A stretch of DNA of 64,000 bases from Thermodesulfobacteriota bacterium (GTDB lineage Bacteria > Desulfobacterota_D > UBA1144 > Nemesobacterales > Nemesobacteraceae). Location of the stretch: NCBI GenBank assembly GCA_965207685.1, contig OZ242294.1:1635229-1699228 (forward strand). Reading direction: 5' to 3'. Both the position numbers and the translations under genes were made by a program. The number at the start of each line of letters is the position of its first letter. The stretch's first letter is position 1. This document shows positions 40,123 to 50,658 of this stretch, one piece after another. The notes beneath the pieces were generated by a model. That model made no database searches. It worked only from the letters and a program-made list of their open reading frames with translations, and was not told where the DNA came from.

Positions 40123-41394
40123 ATGAGAGTTTTAGCAGTTTTAGCCGTGTCTTTTATGACGCTGCTTTCCTTTATGTCGCTTCCCGCCCAGGCCGGCGGC
40201 GACCAGAGCATCAGGGAACAGATCGAGGAACTGAAGAAGCAGATACAAAGGCTCGAGGAACAGAGCCAGCAGATGAACATGAAGATGTACGAGGCCAAGG
40301 ACTCCAAGGCTTGGTACAACAAAATAAAGGTCAAAACCAAAAAAGGCACGGGTCTTACTTTCCAGACCGCGGACAAGAACTACAAGCTCAGGATGAGGCT
40401 TCGCGGCCAGTTCCTGGCCAACTACGTAAACCCTGACGGAGAGGACAATGAAAGTCTCGGTTTCAGGGTAAGAAGGCTCAGGGTGACCTGGGACGGTAAC
40501 GCTTTTGCCCCGTGGATGAAATATAAGGTTCAGTACGATTTCTCAGGAGGCGGAGAACTCAAGGACATGAAGCTTTTGTTTGCCAAGAACGGGGCTTTTG
40601 TTCCGGTAGCAGGTCAGTACAAGATTGCGTTTAACAGGGATGCGCTCACATCCTCTTCCGCCCTTCAGCTTGTCGGCCGCTCTATCATAAATGACAACTT
40701 TCAGTATGACAGGGATATCGGTGTAGGCGTTTACGGTCTTCTCGGTGGCGGAATGCTCCGCTATGATCTCGGCGTTTTCCAGGGAGAGGGTGCGAACGTG
40801 AAAAATGACACGGGAGATACGGGAATGCTCTGGGCCGGCAGAATTCAGGCGGCTCTTCTCGGCGGAAAGGCGGAGAGTGTGAAAGAAAATTTCGCCAAGA
40901 GACCCGCGATTACAATTGGAGCCGCTGTTGCGGGTGTAGATGTTGAGGAAGGTGGTGATTCCGGTAACAAGGCAATTAAGAATGCGGGACTCGAAGACGG
41001 CAGGATGACTTCAATCACCTTCGACGCGAACTACAGAGACCCGAGATTTAATCTTACCGGTGAGTATATCGGAAGATGGTTGAATCCCGACGACGCGGGT
41101 GTGGAAACAGGCTACGACTACGGTTTCAGGGTCCAGGGCGGTTTCTTCCTGATTCCGAAGAAAGTCGAACTTGCTTCCAGGTACGCCATGGTTGTTTATG
41201 ATGATGATCCAAACGCGTTCAAAGCGGAAGAGCTTGACAACGTATGGACGTTCACCCAGGGACTTAGCTACTACCTGAGCGGCAATCACAAGTGGAAAGT
41301 GCAGCTTGACTACACGTTCCAGAGGGAAGAAGATCTCGCTGGCGTAGAGTCTGATGAGTCGATGGTAAGAGTGCAGGTCCAGGCCTATTTTTAG
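40123..41394 (+). CDS. Phosphate-selective porin O/P family outer-membrane protein (putative), with N-terminal coiled-coil after the signal peptide
   Basis: Signal peptide, beta-strand-like alternating pattern, C-terminal aromatic residue; Pho context. Confidence 0.5.
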   Translation: MRVLAVLAVSFMTLLSFMSLPAQAGGDQSIREQIEELKKQIQRLEEQSQQMNMKMYEAKDSKAWYNKIKVKTKKGTGLTFQTADKNYKLRMRLRGQFLANYVNPDGEDNESLGFRVRRLRVTWDGNAFAPWMKYKVQYDFSGGGELKDMKLLFAKNGAFVPVAGQYKIAFNRDALTSSSALQLVGRSIINDNFQYDRDIGVGVYGLLGGGMLRYDLGVFQGEGANVKNDTGDTGMLWAGRIQAALLGGKAESVKENFAKRPAITIGAAVAGVDVEEGGDSGNKAIKNAGLEDGRMTSITFDANYRDPRFNLTGEYIGRWLNPDDAGVETGYDYGFRVQGGFFLIPKKVELASRYAMVVYDDDPNAFKAEELDNVWTFTQGLSYYLSGNHKWKVQLDYTFQREEDLAGVESDESMVRVQVQAYF

Positions 41395-41447
41395 GACCCT
41401 GCGCTAAGGAACAAATTTTTCTCCTTCCTTTTAATCTGTTAGGCCAA

Positions 41448-41487
41448 AGCCCCCTGCTCCGGAGACGGTGCGAGGGGCTTTTTTTAT
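41448..41487 (+). terminator. Rho-independent terminator (gcccc-loop-ggggc followed by T-run)
   Basis: aaagccccctgctccggagacggtgcgaggggcttttttta. Confidence 0.6.
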
Positions 41488-41541
41488 TTGCGCTCGGATA
41501 CGGTTAATTAATTCTGCCTCATCGGTTAGGATTAAGCGCAA

Positions 41542-42162
41542 ATGACAAGAGTAAAGGTGTGCGGAATAACTAACTCTGAGGACGCGCTCTGCGCAGTGCG
41601 GCTGGGAGCTGGGGCGCTCGGTTTTGTTTTCTACGAGAAAAGCCCGAGGTTCATCAGCCCCGAAAAGGCGGGAGAAATAATAAGGCAGATTCCCCCGTTT
41701 GTAACCAAGATGGGGGTTTTCGTAAACGCCGAGGCGGATTACCTGCGAGAGGCAAAAGACATAGCGGGTTTTGACGTTTACCAGTTCCACGGGGATGAGA
41801 CTCCGGAGTTCTGTGCCGCTTTCGGAGAGAACTATATAAAGGCCATAAGGGTTAAGAACGCGGAAAGCCTCAGCGCGGTGGAACTCTACGATACGGACGC
41901 CTTTCTTTTCGATGCCTACTCGCCGGATGCCTACGGGGGCACCGGAGAGAACTTCTCGTGGGACGTTCTTTCCAGCCGGGAACTTGGGGATAGATTCGTT
42001 ATACTTTCCGGAGGACTTAACTCGGATAACGTGCGAGACGCCATACGGGCGGTGAACCCCTACGCCGTTGACGTGAGTTCCGGGGTTGAAAGCTCCCCGG
42101 GCATAAAAGATCATCTTAAACTTGAGCGGTTTATGGAGGCCGCAAGTTATGGGCAAGACTGA
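41542..42162 (+). CDS. trpF: Phosphoribosylanthranilate isomerase
   Basis: VKVCGIT N-terminus; followed by trpB and trpA. Confidence 0.8.
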   Translation: MTRVKVCGITNSEDALCAVRLGAGALGFVFYEKSPRFISPEKAGEIIRQIPPFVTKMGVFVNAEADYLREAKDIAGFDVYQFHGDETPEFCAAFGENYIKAIRVKNAESLSAVELYDTDAFLFDAYSPDAYGGTGENFSWDVLSSRELGDRFVILSGGLNSDNVRDAIRAVNPYAVDVSSGVESSPGIKDHLKLERFMEAASYGQD

Positions 42163-43348
42163 CCGGAAATACAGCTATCCTGACGCGGGAGGTCATTTCG
42201 GAGACTTCGGCGGCCGCTACGTCTCAGAAACACTCATGCCCGCTTTGATCGAGCTTCAGCGGGCCTACGAGGAGGCCGCGGCTGACGAAACTTTTCACGA
42301 GGAGATCGATTACTACCTGAAGCAATACGCGGGGAGGCCCACTCCGCTTTATTATGCCCGCGCGATGACGGAGAGTCTCGGCGGCGCCAAGATTTACCTT
42401 AAAAGAGAGGATCTTGCCCACACCGGGGCGCACAAGATAAACAACACGATAGGCCAGGGAGTTCTCTGCGGGAGGATGGGCAAGGACAGGATAATAGCCG
42501 AAACCGGGGCAGGACAGCACGGGGTCGCCACAGCCACGGTTGCCGCGCTTTTGAACAAGGAGTGCGTGATATACATGGGAGAGGAGGACACGAAACGCCA
42601 GGAACTCAATGTTTTCCGCATGAAGCTTCTGGGAGCTGAGGTAAGGCCCGTGGTCTCGGGCACGAAGACACTCAAAGACGCCATGAACGAGGCCATGAGA
42701 GACTGGGTTACGAACGTGAGAAACACCTTTTACATAATAGGAAGCGTCGCCGGTCCCCATCCCTACCCGATGATGGTAAGGGATTTTCAGTCCGTGATCG
42801 GGCATGAGGTGATGGAGCAGATACTCGCCGCGGAAGGAAAGCTTCCCGACACCCTGGTTGCCTGCGTCGGCGGCGGCTCAAATGCAATGGGTCTTTTCTT
42901 TCCCTTCATAGAAGAATCCGGGGTAAGGAAGATCGGCGTAGAAGCGGCGGGCCATGGTCTTGAGAGCGGCCTTCACTCCGCGACCATAACCGCGGGCTCA
43001 GTGGGGGTCCTTCACGGAAGCAAAACCTATCTGCTTCAGGACGAAGACGGGCAAATACAGGGAGCTCATTCCGTCGCCGCGGGCCTTGACTATCCGGGCG
43101 TGGGTCCCGAGCATTCGTATTTCCAGGACGTGGGCGAGGTCGATTACGTGTCCGTAACGGACGAAGAAGCGCTCTCGGCGTTTTCCTATCTCTCGGAAGT
43201 CGAGGGGATAATACCTGCGCTTGAAACCGCCCATGCGATAGCCCATGTGCGCAAAATCGCTCCCTCCATGTCCCCCGAGCAGATTATAGTTATCTGTCTC
43301 TCCGGCAGAGGGGATAAGGACATACATACCGCTTCCTCTCTCATATGA
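42149..43348 (+). CDS. trpB: Tryptophan synthase beta subunit
   Basis: [12 protein letters not shown]-lysine region; GGGSNA. Confidence 0.9.
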   Translation: MGKTDRKYSYPDAGGHFGDFGGRYVSETLMPALIELQRAYEEAAADETFHEEIDYYLKQYAGRPTPLYYARAMTESLGGAKIYLKREDLAHTGAHKINNTIGQGVLCGRMGKDRIIAETGAGQHGVATATVAALLNKECVIYMGEEDTKRQELNVFRMKLLGAEVRPVVSGTKTLKDAMNEAMRDWVTNVRNTFYIIGSVAGPHPYPMMVRDFQSVIGHEVMEQILAAEGKLPDTLVACVGGGSNAMGLFFPFIEESGVRKIGVEAAGHGLESGLHSATITAGSVGVLHGSKTYLLQDEDGQIQGAHSVAAGLDYPGVGPEHSYFQDVGEVDYVSVTDEEALSAFSYLSEVEGIIPALETAHAIAHVRKIAPSMSPEQIIVICLSGRGDKDIHTASSLI

Positions 43349-43497
43349 GGCGGCTTAGACCGGGTTTTCCCCCCGGTCGGGTGCTTGACAATCCCCATAC
43401 GCGCGTATATAAAGCTTCCGAAGGTTGGAGGTTCGTTTTTTATTCTGTTTGCTAGCGATTTCTGCGTTTCCAGACTGCCAATTTCTTATAAAAGCAC

Positions 43498-44298
43498 ATG
43501 GGAAGGATAAAGGAAAAATTCCGCGAACTCCGGGAGAAAAACAAAGCGGCTTTAATCTGCTATGTTACCGCCGGAGACCCTGATATCGACTTGACCGAGC
43601 AGATCATTGACCACATGGAGGCAAGCGGTGTCGACATGGTGGAAATCGGCATACCCTTCTCGGATCCCATGGCGGACGGGCCGGTGATCCAGGCGGCCTC
43701 GGAACGGGCTCTTGCTAACTCGACGTCTGTTTCCGACGTGCTTTCGCTTGTTAAAAGGATAAGGTCCCGCTCGGATATTCCTGTGATACTTTTCGGCTAT
43801 TACAACCCCTTTTTCTCCTACGGTGCTGAGCGCTTCGCGCGCGACGCCCGCGAGGCGGGAGCGGACGGGGTTCTGGTCGTTGATCTTCCCCCCGAGGAAG
43901 CCGGGGAACTGAGCGTCCACGTCGAACGGGAAGGGCTTGACCGCATCTTTCTGCTTGCCCCTACAAGCACCGAGGAAAGGATAGAGATGGTGTCGCAAAA
44001 CGCCTCGGGTTTTATCTACGTGGTCTCGGTCACCGGGGTCACGGGGGCGCGTCCCGACATGGATTATGATCTTGAGGACCTGATAGGGAGAATAAAGCGC
44101 CGCTCGGAGCTTCCTGTTGGGGTGGGCTTCGGGGTGTCTTCCGCGCGCCAGGCTGCCGCGATAGCCTCTTTTTCCGATGCCGTTATCGTGGGAAGTGCCC
44201 TTGTGAGAATAATCGAGAGCGGTGGAGAGGAAAGACAGGAAGTGCTGGGCAGGATTTCGAGCTTCACGGAGGAACTTAGCGCCGCCTGCTACAGGTAG
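43498..44298 (+). CDS. trpA: Tryptophan synthase alpha subunit
   Basis: Typical TrpA length and motifs (GFGVS...). Confidence 0.85.
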   Translation: MGRIKEKFRELREKNKAALICYVTAGDPDIDLTEQIIDHMEASGVDMVEIGIPFSDPMADGPVIQAASERALANSTSVSDVLSLVKRIRSRSDIPVILFGYYNPFFSYGAERFARDAREAGADGVLVVDLPPEEAGELSVHVEREGLDRIFLLAPTSTEERIEMVSQNASGFIYVVSVTGVTGARPDMDYDLEDLIGRIKRRSELPVGVGFGVSSARQAAAIASFSDAVIVGSALVRIIESGGEERQEVLGRISSFTEELSAACYR

Positions 44299-44319
44299 AC
44301 GTTCTGCATTCCGGATACG

Positions 44320-45636
44320 ATGAGTACGAACGGGGAAAGGCGATATATGTTCATCGGAGAATTTGATATTCTCCTGATGAGTCTTTTTAAGAACAGGGGC
44401 CAGGTAACAGAGCTTGATTCTCCTGATGACGCGTTCAAGCAGGAGGGAGTCTTTACGCTTATAGTAGTAAACAACGAGTTTGCAACCAAGGAGTTTCTGG
44501 CGTCTCTTGCTCGCAGTTATCCCACGAGCCCGATAGTTGTTTCCGCCGACGATAAGCAGCGCAAGGACGGCTATATAGCGCGATACGTGAAATTCGAAGA
44601 AGTCGCAACCAACCAGATATCCTTTGAGGAGAAGCTTGCGAGGTCCGATATCTCCGTAAGACTGATAAGAGAGGTTCACCGCGACGCGAAAAAGCTTCTC
44701 ATACTGGTTCATAACCAGCCCGATCCGGACGCGATCGCAAGCGCCATGGCCCTTCGAACCCTTCTTAGAAGAAACAGGAAAACGGCGACCATAGGCTACC
44801 TCGGGGAGAAAATTTCAAGACCCGAAAACGTGGCCATGGTGGAGCATATGGACATAGACTTGCAGGTGATTTCTCACGATGACATAAAAATTTTCGATTC
44901 CATAGCGCTTGTCGACGTGCAGCCTTCTTATTTCAGAGGCGAAATTACGGATATAGATTCGGTGATCGACCATCATCCGATAACCCCCGAGTGCGACGCG
45001 AAATTCACCGAGATAAGTTCCGAAGAGGGAGCTACCGCGACGATCATGACCCGGCTCCTAAGGGCCGCCCAGATTGAGATTTCCGCAAAGCTCTCAACCG
45101 CGCTTCTCTACGGAATAAAAACCGACACCATGATTCTCAACAGGGGCGCGGATCTTGACGACCTAGAAGCGTTCACATATCTCTACAGTCAAGCCGACCT
45201 AGGGCTTCTCAGGAAAATAGAGTCCAAAACCCTGTATTCAGAGGAGATCAAGCATTACGGCCAGGCGCTCTCAAAACACTGGATAAATAACGGAATAATT
45301 TTCATGAACCTTGGAAGGATGGAAAAAGAGCATCTTATTTCTCAGGTGGCTGACATGGGGATGAAGGTGGATGGGGTCAACTGGTCTGTTGCCTTCGGAA
45401 TTGTTTCCGGTTCCCATTTGGTCATGTCCGTAAGAAACAGCGGGGCTGTCAAGAGTGCCGGGCGGCTGCTTTTCGAGCTTTTTGACGAAATAGGAAGCGC
45501 CGGGGGGCACAGATCCTACGCCAAGGCCGTGATTCCCATGCAAGAGGTGAGGCATCTCATAGGAAAGACCTCGCGCAGGAACATAGAGCAGTGGATCGAC
45601 AGGGTGTTTAGGACCGCGACCGCTCAGAAAGTCTGA
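44320..45636 (+). CDS. DHH-family phosphoesterase (NrnA-like, DHH + DHHA1) with an extra N-terminal domain of about 110 aa
   Basis: HNQPDPDAIAS, DHHP and GGH motifs. Confidence 0.75.
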   Translation: MSTNGERRYMFIGEFDILLMSLFKNRGQVTELDSPDDAFKQEGVFTLIVVNNEFATKEFLASLARSYPTSPIVVSADDKQRKDGYIARYVKFEEVATNQISFEEKLARSDISVRLIREVHRDAKKLLILVHNQPDPDAIASAMALRTLLRRNRKTATIGYLGEKISRPENVAMVEHMDIDLQVISHDDIKIFDSIALVDVQPSYFRGEITDIDSVIDHHPITPECDAKFTEISSEEGATATIMTRLLRAAQIEISAKLSTALLYGIKTDTMILNRGADLDDLEAFTYLYSQADLGLLRKIESKTLYSEEIKHYGQALSKHWINNGIIFMNLGRMEKEHLISQVADMGMKVDGVNWSVAFGIVSGSHLVMSVRNSGAVKSAGRLLFELFDEIGSAGGHRSYAKAVIPMQEVRHLIGKTSRRNIEQWIDRVFRTATAQKV

Positions 45637-45766
45637 GGACGAAGCCAACCTCTTTTTTCCTCCGGACCCGGTTTTTCCCTCCCGCTTTTAAAGCTATATT
45701 AATGATAGGAAGTCCCATGTTAATCAAAAGGTATTCCCGGCGAACAGCTTGGTTTCCCAAGAGAAG

Positions 45767-46795
45767 ATGAAACTCAAGACGGCAATTCTGGGAGTTACGG
45801 GTTATGTCGGCCAGCAGCTTCTTTCCCTTCTGGCGCGCCACCCTAACGTTTACCTGCGGGTACTTACGTCTGAGAAGTTCTCTGGCAGGAGGGTGGATGA
45901 GGCGTTTCCGCATCTTTTGGGCTACTCGGATCTTATCCTAAGTCCCGTATCAAAAATTCCTGATTCAGAACCTCTTGATCTTCTGTTCTCCTGTCTTCCC
46001 GGGGGAACCTCTTCTGTTTTCGTGCGGAAGTTCCTTGAGAAGGGCGTAAGGGTGATCGATCTCAGTTCCGATTTAAGATTCTCTGACCCTGCCGACTACT
46101 CTCGGGCTCACGGCGTGGCGCCGCGCTTTCCCGAACTTCTCCCGCAGGCGGTCTACGGACTTAGCGAGCTTAACCGCGAGAGAATAAAAAACGCCCCGTT
46201 AGTCGCTAACGCGGGCTGCTACTCTACATGCGTTTCACTCGCGGTAGCGCCTTTCCTTAAAGAGTATGAAGCGGAAAACGATATTATAGTGGACATAAAG
46301 TCTTCTCTTTCGACTTCGGGACGGGCGCCGAAACCCGAGAGTCATTACACCGAGGTAAAGGAAGACGTATCCGCCCGTGGAGCGGGAGGGGATGACCAGA
46401 AGCATGAAATTCTTCGCGTGCTCTCCGATTTCTGCGGCGTGAAGAAAAAGCTTCTTTTTTTCAATACACGCGTTCCGGTTAAAAGGGGGATAATGGCCGC
46501 TTCGTATCTCAAACTCCGCTCGGAGATCTCCCCCGATGAGGTAAGGGAACTCTACGCCGGGTTCTACGAAGATGATGCTTTCGTCCGGGTCTGCGACGGG
46601 CCTCCCGGGATGGCGTCTGTTTCCGGTTCCAATTACGTCTCTTTGGGCTTCTGCGAGAGGGAAGGGCACCTTGTCATCGTATCGGTTCTTGACAATCTCA
46701 TGAAGGGGGCCGCGGGCCAGGCCGTTCAGAACATGAATATAGTCTTTGGGTTTCCCGAGGACACCGGGCTCGGACAAGTTCCCCTTTTCCCGTGA
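45767..46795 (+). CDS. argC: N-acetyl-gamma-glutamyl-phosphate reductase
   Basis: GVTGYVGQ NAD-binding motif; NAGCYST active-site cysteine. Confidence 0.85.
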   Translation: MKLKTAILGVTGYVGQQLLSLLARHPNVYLRVLTSEKFSGRRVDEAFPHLLGYSDLILSPVSKIPDSEPLDLLFSCLPGGTSSVFVRKFLEKGVRVIDLSSDLRFSDPADYSRAHGVAPRFPELLPQAVYGLSELNRERIKNAPLVANAGCYSTCVSLAVAPFLKEYEAENDIIVDIKSSLSTSGRAPKPESHYTEVKEDVSARGAGGDDQKHEILRVLSDFCGVKKKLLFFNTRVPVKRGIMAASYLKLRSEISPDEVRELYAGFYEDDAFVRVCDGPPGMASVSGSNYVSLGFCEREGHLVIVSVLDNLMKGAAGQAVQNMNIVFGFPEDTGLGQVPLFP

Positions 46796-46802
46796 CGGGA
46801 CG

Positions 46803-48248
46803 ATGAGAAACTACAGCGAAATACTTTATTCGAATCTGGAGCGAAATCCCCGGGGAGCGGCAGTCTGGTACGAGGGAGAAACATACAGCTACGCGCAGCT
46901 CTGCGGTTTTGTTGACGGTTTTTCCTCCTTTCTTGCCGGGCAGGGGCTATCACGGGGAGATAATGTGTGCGTTTTTCTTCCCAATTCGCTTCCCCTTGCC
47001 GTATCGGTTTTCTCGATAGCGAGACTTGGAGCCGCCTGCGTTCCCATTGACAGCGCCTGCGGAACCCAGGAAATAAGACACTGCCTTGAGTTCTCAAAAC
47101 CGGCCCTGATAGTTACGGATGAATCCCTTGCGCATACCGTGAATGCCGTCTCTGGAGACATAAACACCGTTTGCGTGACCCGGGACAATTTTCTGGGCAA
47201 TCCTCCGGCGGATCTGCCTGGGAATCATCCCTCTGAGAAAGCCATCTATCTTTTTTCCACGGGCTCAACCGGAAAGCCCAAGTGCGTTGCGAGAAGCCAC
47301 GCCAACATGATCGCCCTTGCCCGGAATCACACGGCCACAATAAACTGGGATAGCGGGGACAGGATTCTTTTTTCGATTCCGATATCGCATACCTACGGCC
47401 TCGGGAATTTCGTAAGCGCCGTAAGCGTCGGGGCGTGTTGCTATTTCCTCCCGAGATTTACCAGAAAAGAGGTTCTCGGGGTGCTTGAAGAAGAACAGAT
47501 AACGATCTTTCCCGCCGTTCCGTTCATGCTTGAGACCCTCGCTCGAAGCGCGAGCCTCGGGGATTATGATTTCCCGCGGCTAAAGCATGTTATTTCCGCC
47601 GGGGCTCCCCTGCCCGAGGAAACCTTTTTTTCCTTCCACAGGGCTTTCAGGGTCTATCCCCGCCAGCTCTACGGTTCCTCTGAGACCGGGGTGATGGCAA
47701 TTAATATCGCGGAGAACATAGAGGAGAAGCGTCTTTCAGTCGGAATGCCGGTTGAAAACGTCGTTATAAGGGTGGTTTCAGAAGCCGGGGGCGAGCTTCC
47801 GGCCGGGCATATCGGCGAGATAACAATAAGGAGCCCTTCCATGACAGACGGCTACGTTGATTCTCCGGAAGAGACCGAGAGAGTTTTTGTCGACGGTTTT
47901 TACCACACCGGGGATCTCGGAATGTTCGACGGCGACGGGTATCTTTTCATTCGCGGAAGAAAGAAGCTTTTCATCAACATCTCCGGGAACAAGGTTGACC
48001 CGTTCGAAGTTGAAAACCTGCTTATGACTCACGGGAAAATAACGGAAGCTGCGGTGATAGGAACTCCCGCGGCCGGGGACAGGGAAGAGGTAAAGGCCTT
48101 TATCGTCGCGGACGGACTCACGAGACGGGAAGTTGTCGACTTCTGCAGAGGAAAGATTTCCGACTACAAGATCCCCGCGAAGATCGAATTTGTGGATACG
48201 CTTCCTAGAAGCCCCGCGGGCAAGGTTTTGAGGGAGAAACTTAAGTGA
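46803..48248 (+). CDS. AMP-binding enzyme (acyl-CoA synthetase / fatty-acyl-AMP ligase-like)
   Basis: YLFSTGSTGKPK AMP-binding motif. Confidence 0.85.
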   Translation: MRNYSEILYSNLERNPRGAAVWYEGETYSYAQLCGFVDGFSSFLAGQGLSRGDNVCVFLPNSLPLAVSVFSIARLGAACVPIDSACGTQEIRHCLEFSKPALIVTDESLAHTVNAVSGDINTVCVTRDNFLGNPPADLPGNHPSEKAIYLFSTGSTGKPKCVARSHANMIALARNHTATINWDSGDRILFSIPISHTYGLGNFVSAVSVGACCYFLPRFTRKEVLGVLEEEQITIFPAVPFMLETLARSASLGDYDFPRLKHVISAGAPLPEETFFSFHRAFRVYPRQLYGSSETGVMAINIAENIEEKRLSVGMPVENVVIRVVSEAGGELPAGHIGEITIRSPSMTDGYVDSPEETERVFVDGFYHTGDLGMFDGDGYLFIRGRKKLFINISGNKVDPFEVENLLMTHGKITEAAVIGTPAAGDREEVKAFIVADGLTRREVVDFCRGKISDYKIPAKIEFVDTLPRSPAGKVLREKLK

Positions 48249-48505
48249 CCGAGCGAAAAGAAGTTTTGGGGAAGAAAATCAGGGATCTTGTCGTCGGCAA
48301 GTTCAATCTTGACATCGGGCCCCAAGATATATCGGCTGAACAGTCGCTGATCGAACTCGGAGTTGGCGTCGATTCCGTTTCAACGCTTGAATTCATTATG
48401 GAGCTTGAAGAGGAGTTCGGGGTCTCAATTGACGAATCCGAGGTTTCCCCCGAGGTTCTCGAGACCATTGAGAGCCTCTCTGAGTTTATAATGTCGCTTG
48501 GTTAG
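48245..48505 (+). CDS. Standalone acyl carrier protein (GTGA-coupled to the upstream ligase)
   Basis: GVDSVSTLE phosphopantetheine attachment site. Confidence 0.7.
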   Translation: MTERKEVLGKKIRDLVVGKFNLDIGPQDISAEQSLIELGVGVDSVSTLEFIMELEEEFGVSIDESEVSPEVLETIESLSEFIMSLG

Positions 48506-48535
48506 TCGTATACAACCAGCAATTAGAAACATGAT

Positions 48536-48646
48536 TTTTACTTGACTGGAAAGTTGCTTTGCTTGGGGTGGATTTACGAAAAGTCTTTCATATCAGGATG
48601 TTACGAAAAGATTTTTACTTGACTAGAAAAATACAATTTTTCTAGA
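48536..48646. repeat. Structured intergenic region between convergent genes: motif TTTTTACTTGACT twice, TTACGAAAAG twice, and a perfect 10-bp-stem hairpin CTAGAAAAAT-aca-ATTTTTCTAG
   Basis: Motifs sit at 48536-48548 and 48613-48625, 48585-48594 and 48602-48611, and the hairpin at 48624-48646. The TTTTTACTTGACT motif also occurs at 30215-30227. Confidence 0.5.
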
Positions 48647-48670
48647 AGTCTCGAAAAAGCAAAGCTTTTT

Positions 48671-50410
48671 CTACTTCTTGTATAGGTTGGTTATTGGGAA
48701 GCGGCGATCCTTTCCGAAAGCAAGCGACGTTATTTTTACCCCCGGGGCGCTCTGCCTTCTTTTGTATTCGTTCGTGTTTACCATTCTGATTACTCTCCGC
48801 ACCACGCTTCTTTTCTCCCCGAGCTTCACTATGTCGTCGACCCCGAGGCCGTCTTCCACGTAAGCTTTCAGTATCCTGTCGAGCGTGTCGTATTCTGGAA
48901 GCGAGTCAGTGTCTTTCTGGTCTGGGCGAAGTTCGGCTGAAGGAGGCTTTTCAATTACCGATTTCGGTATTATTTGTTTTCCCCGCAGGCGGTTGTAATA
49001 ATGAGAGAGTTCGTAAACCATGGCCTTTGGCACATCCTTTATCACCGCGAAACCCCCTGACATGTCCCCGTAGAGGGTTGAGTAGCCGACCGCGAGTTCA
49101 CTTTTGTTCGATGTGGCAAGCACGAGCCACCCGAACTTGTTTGAAAGCGCCATGAGGATATTTCCTCTTATTCTTGCCTGGATGTTCTCTTCAGTTACGT
49201 CTGACTCCATTCTGGAGAAGAACTCGGCGAACATTCCCTCGTAGCACCTGAAAACATCTTCTATGGGAATGCTGAGAAGCTCGATTCCGAGGTTGCGCGC
49301 GAGTTTCTTGGCGTCGGTAACGCTTCCCTTGGAGCTGTACATCGAAGGCATGGAAACTCCGACGACTTTTGAGGGTCCGACCGCTTCTGTGGCAATGGCG
49401 GCCGTAAGCGAAGAATCTATCCCGCCGCTTAACCCGAGCACCACCTTCTCAAAGCCGTTTTTTCTTATGTAATCCCCGGTGCCGAGGACAAGTGCCGAGA
49501 AGGCGCATTTTAGAGGATCTTCTGGGGAATCAGCCTGTTTTCCCGGGATTTTCACTTTCCGCTTTGTCTTTGCAGGCTTAAGCGTGAATGCTTCCAGCTG
49601 GTTTTCTTCGAAGGAAAGCTCGTATCTTGTCTTTCTTATGGTCGGAGTGTTAAGCCTTGATTTGTAAACCCTCTCGGTGTTAACGTCGCAGACCAGCAGG
49701 TCTTCCTCGAAGTGTCGCGCGGTGGCGACGATCTCGCCTTTTTCGTCTATGAACATGCTGTTTCCGTCAAACACAAGCTCGTCCTGCCCGCCGACTATGT
49801 TGCAGTAGGCTATTATTGAGTTGTAGTCAACCGCCCTTGTGGCAAGCATCCTCTCCCTCGCCAGGGGCTTTCCCATGTAGTAGGGTGAAGCCGAGAGGTT
49901 AAATATGATCTGGGCGTTTCCCAGCAGAACCTGGCTTCTTATAGGTTCTCCGGGGTACCATATGTCCTCGCAGATCGTGACCCCGAAAGTCATTTTCCCC
50001 ATGGAGTAAACGGGAAACCGTCTTTCTGACTGGAAATAGCGGTTCTCGTCGAACACTCCGTAGTTGGGAAGGCGAAGTTTGTGGTATACGTCGATTATCT
50101 CTTTTCTCTGGATTACGGCTGCTGAGTTGAATATGTCGTCCTTTTTGTCGACAAAGCCCACTATGACGACCATATTGTCCGGACAGTGCTTCTTTATTTC
50201 GTCAAGCGCCCGGATGTTGTCGTCGATGAATTCGGTTTTAAGAAGAAGATCCTCGGGAGGGTAGCCCGTAACGGCGAGTTCGGGGAAACACAGGATGTCT
50301 ATATCGAGACCCCGCGCCGCCTCGATCACTTCGGTTATTTTCTTCGTGTTTCCGGTTATGTCCCCCACGCTCGGGTTGATCTGGGAGAGCCCGGTCCGCA
50401 ACTGTTTCAT
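48671..50410 (-). CDS. nadE: Glutamine-dependent NAD+ synthetase
   Basis: N-terminal CN-hydrolase domain plus C-terminal GLSGGIDSS PP-loop. Confidence 0.9.
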   Translation of the reverse strand: MKQLRTGLSQINPSVGDITGNTKKITEVIEAARGLDIDILCFPELAVTGYPPEDLLLKTEFIDDNIRALDEIKKHCPDNMVVIVGFVDKKDDIFNSAAVIQRKEIIDVYHKLRLPNYGVFDENRYFQSERRFPVYSMGKMTFGVTICEDIWYPGEPIRSQVLLGNAQIIFNLSASPYYMGKPLARERMLATRAVDYNSIIAYCNIVGGQDELVFDGNSMFIDEKGEIVATARHFEEDLLVCDVNTERVYKSRLNTPTIRKTRYELSFEENQLEAFTLKPAKTKRKVKIPGKQADSPEDPLKCAFSALVLGTGDYIRKNGFEKVVLGLSGGIDSSLTAAIATEAVGPSKVVGVSMPSMYSSKGSVTDAKKLARNLGIELLSIPIEDVFRCYEGMFAEFFSRMESDVTEENIQARIRGNILMALSNKFGWLVLATSNKSELAVGYSTLYGDMSGGFAVIKDVPKAMVYELSHYYNRLRGKQIIPKSVIEKPPSAELRPDQKDTDSLPEYDTLDRILKAYVEDGLGVDDIVKLGEKRSVVRRVIRMVNTNEYKRRQSAPGVKITSLAFGKDRRFPITNLYKK

Positions 50411-50658
50411 CTGGAAATTATACTTGTAACCGACGGATATTTCGAGAATTTCCAGGTCTACGCACTATTTGCTGCTTATATTTAGGGAGAGTTTTTCTAG
50501 ATTCAAAACCGTGCTATGGAAATGAATTCCGTTAATTATGGAATTGCATTCGAATATAAACGAAAAAACATGGTTTCAGATCAAGATGTGGTTGGGAAGT
50601 TCACACATTCTCATTTGTGGGAATTCCTTGCATCGTTAGTTCTGTTCTGCTTTTACAG

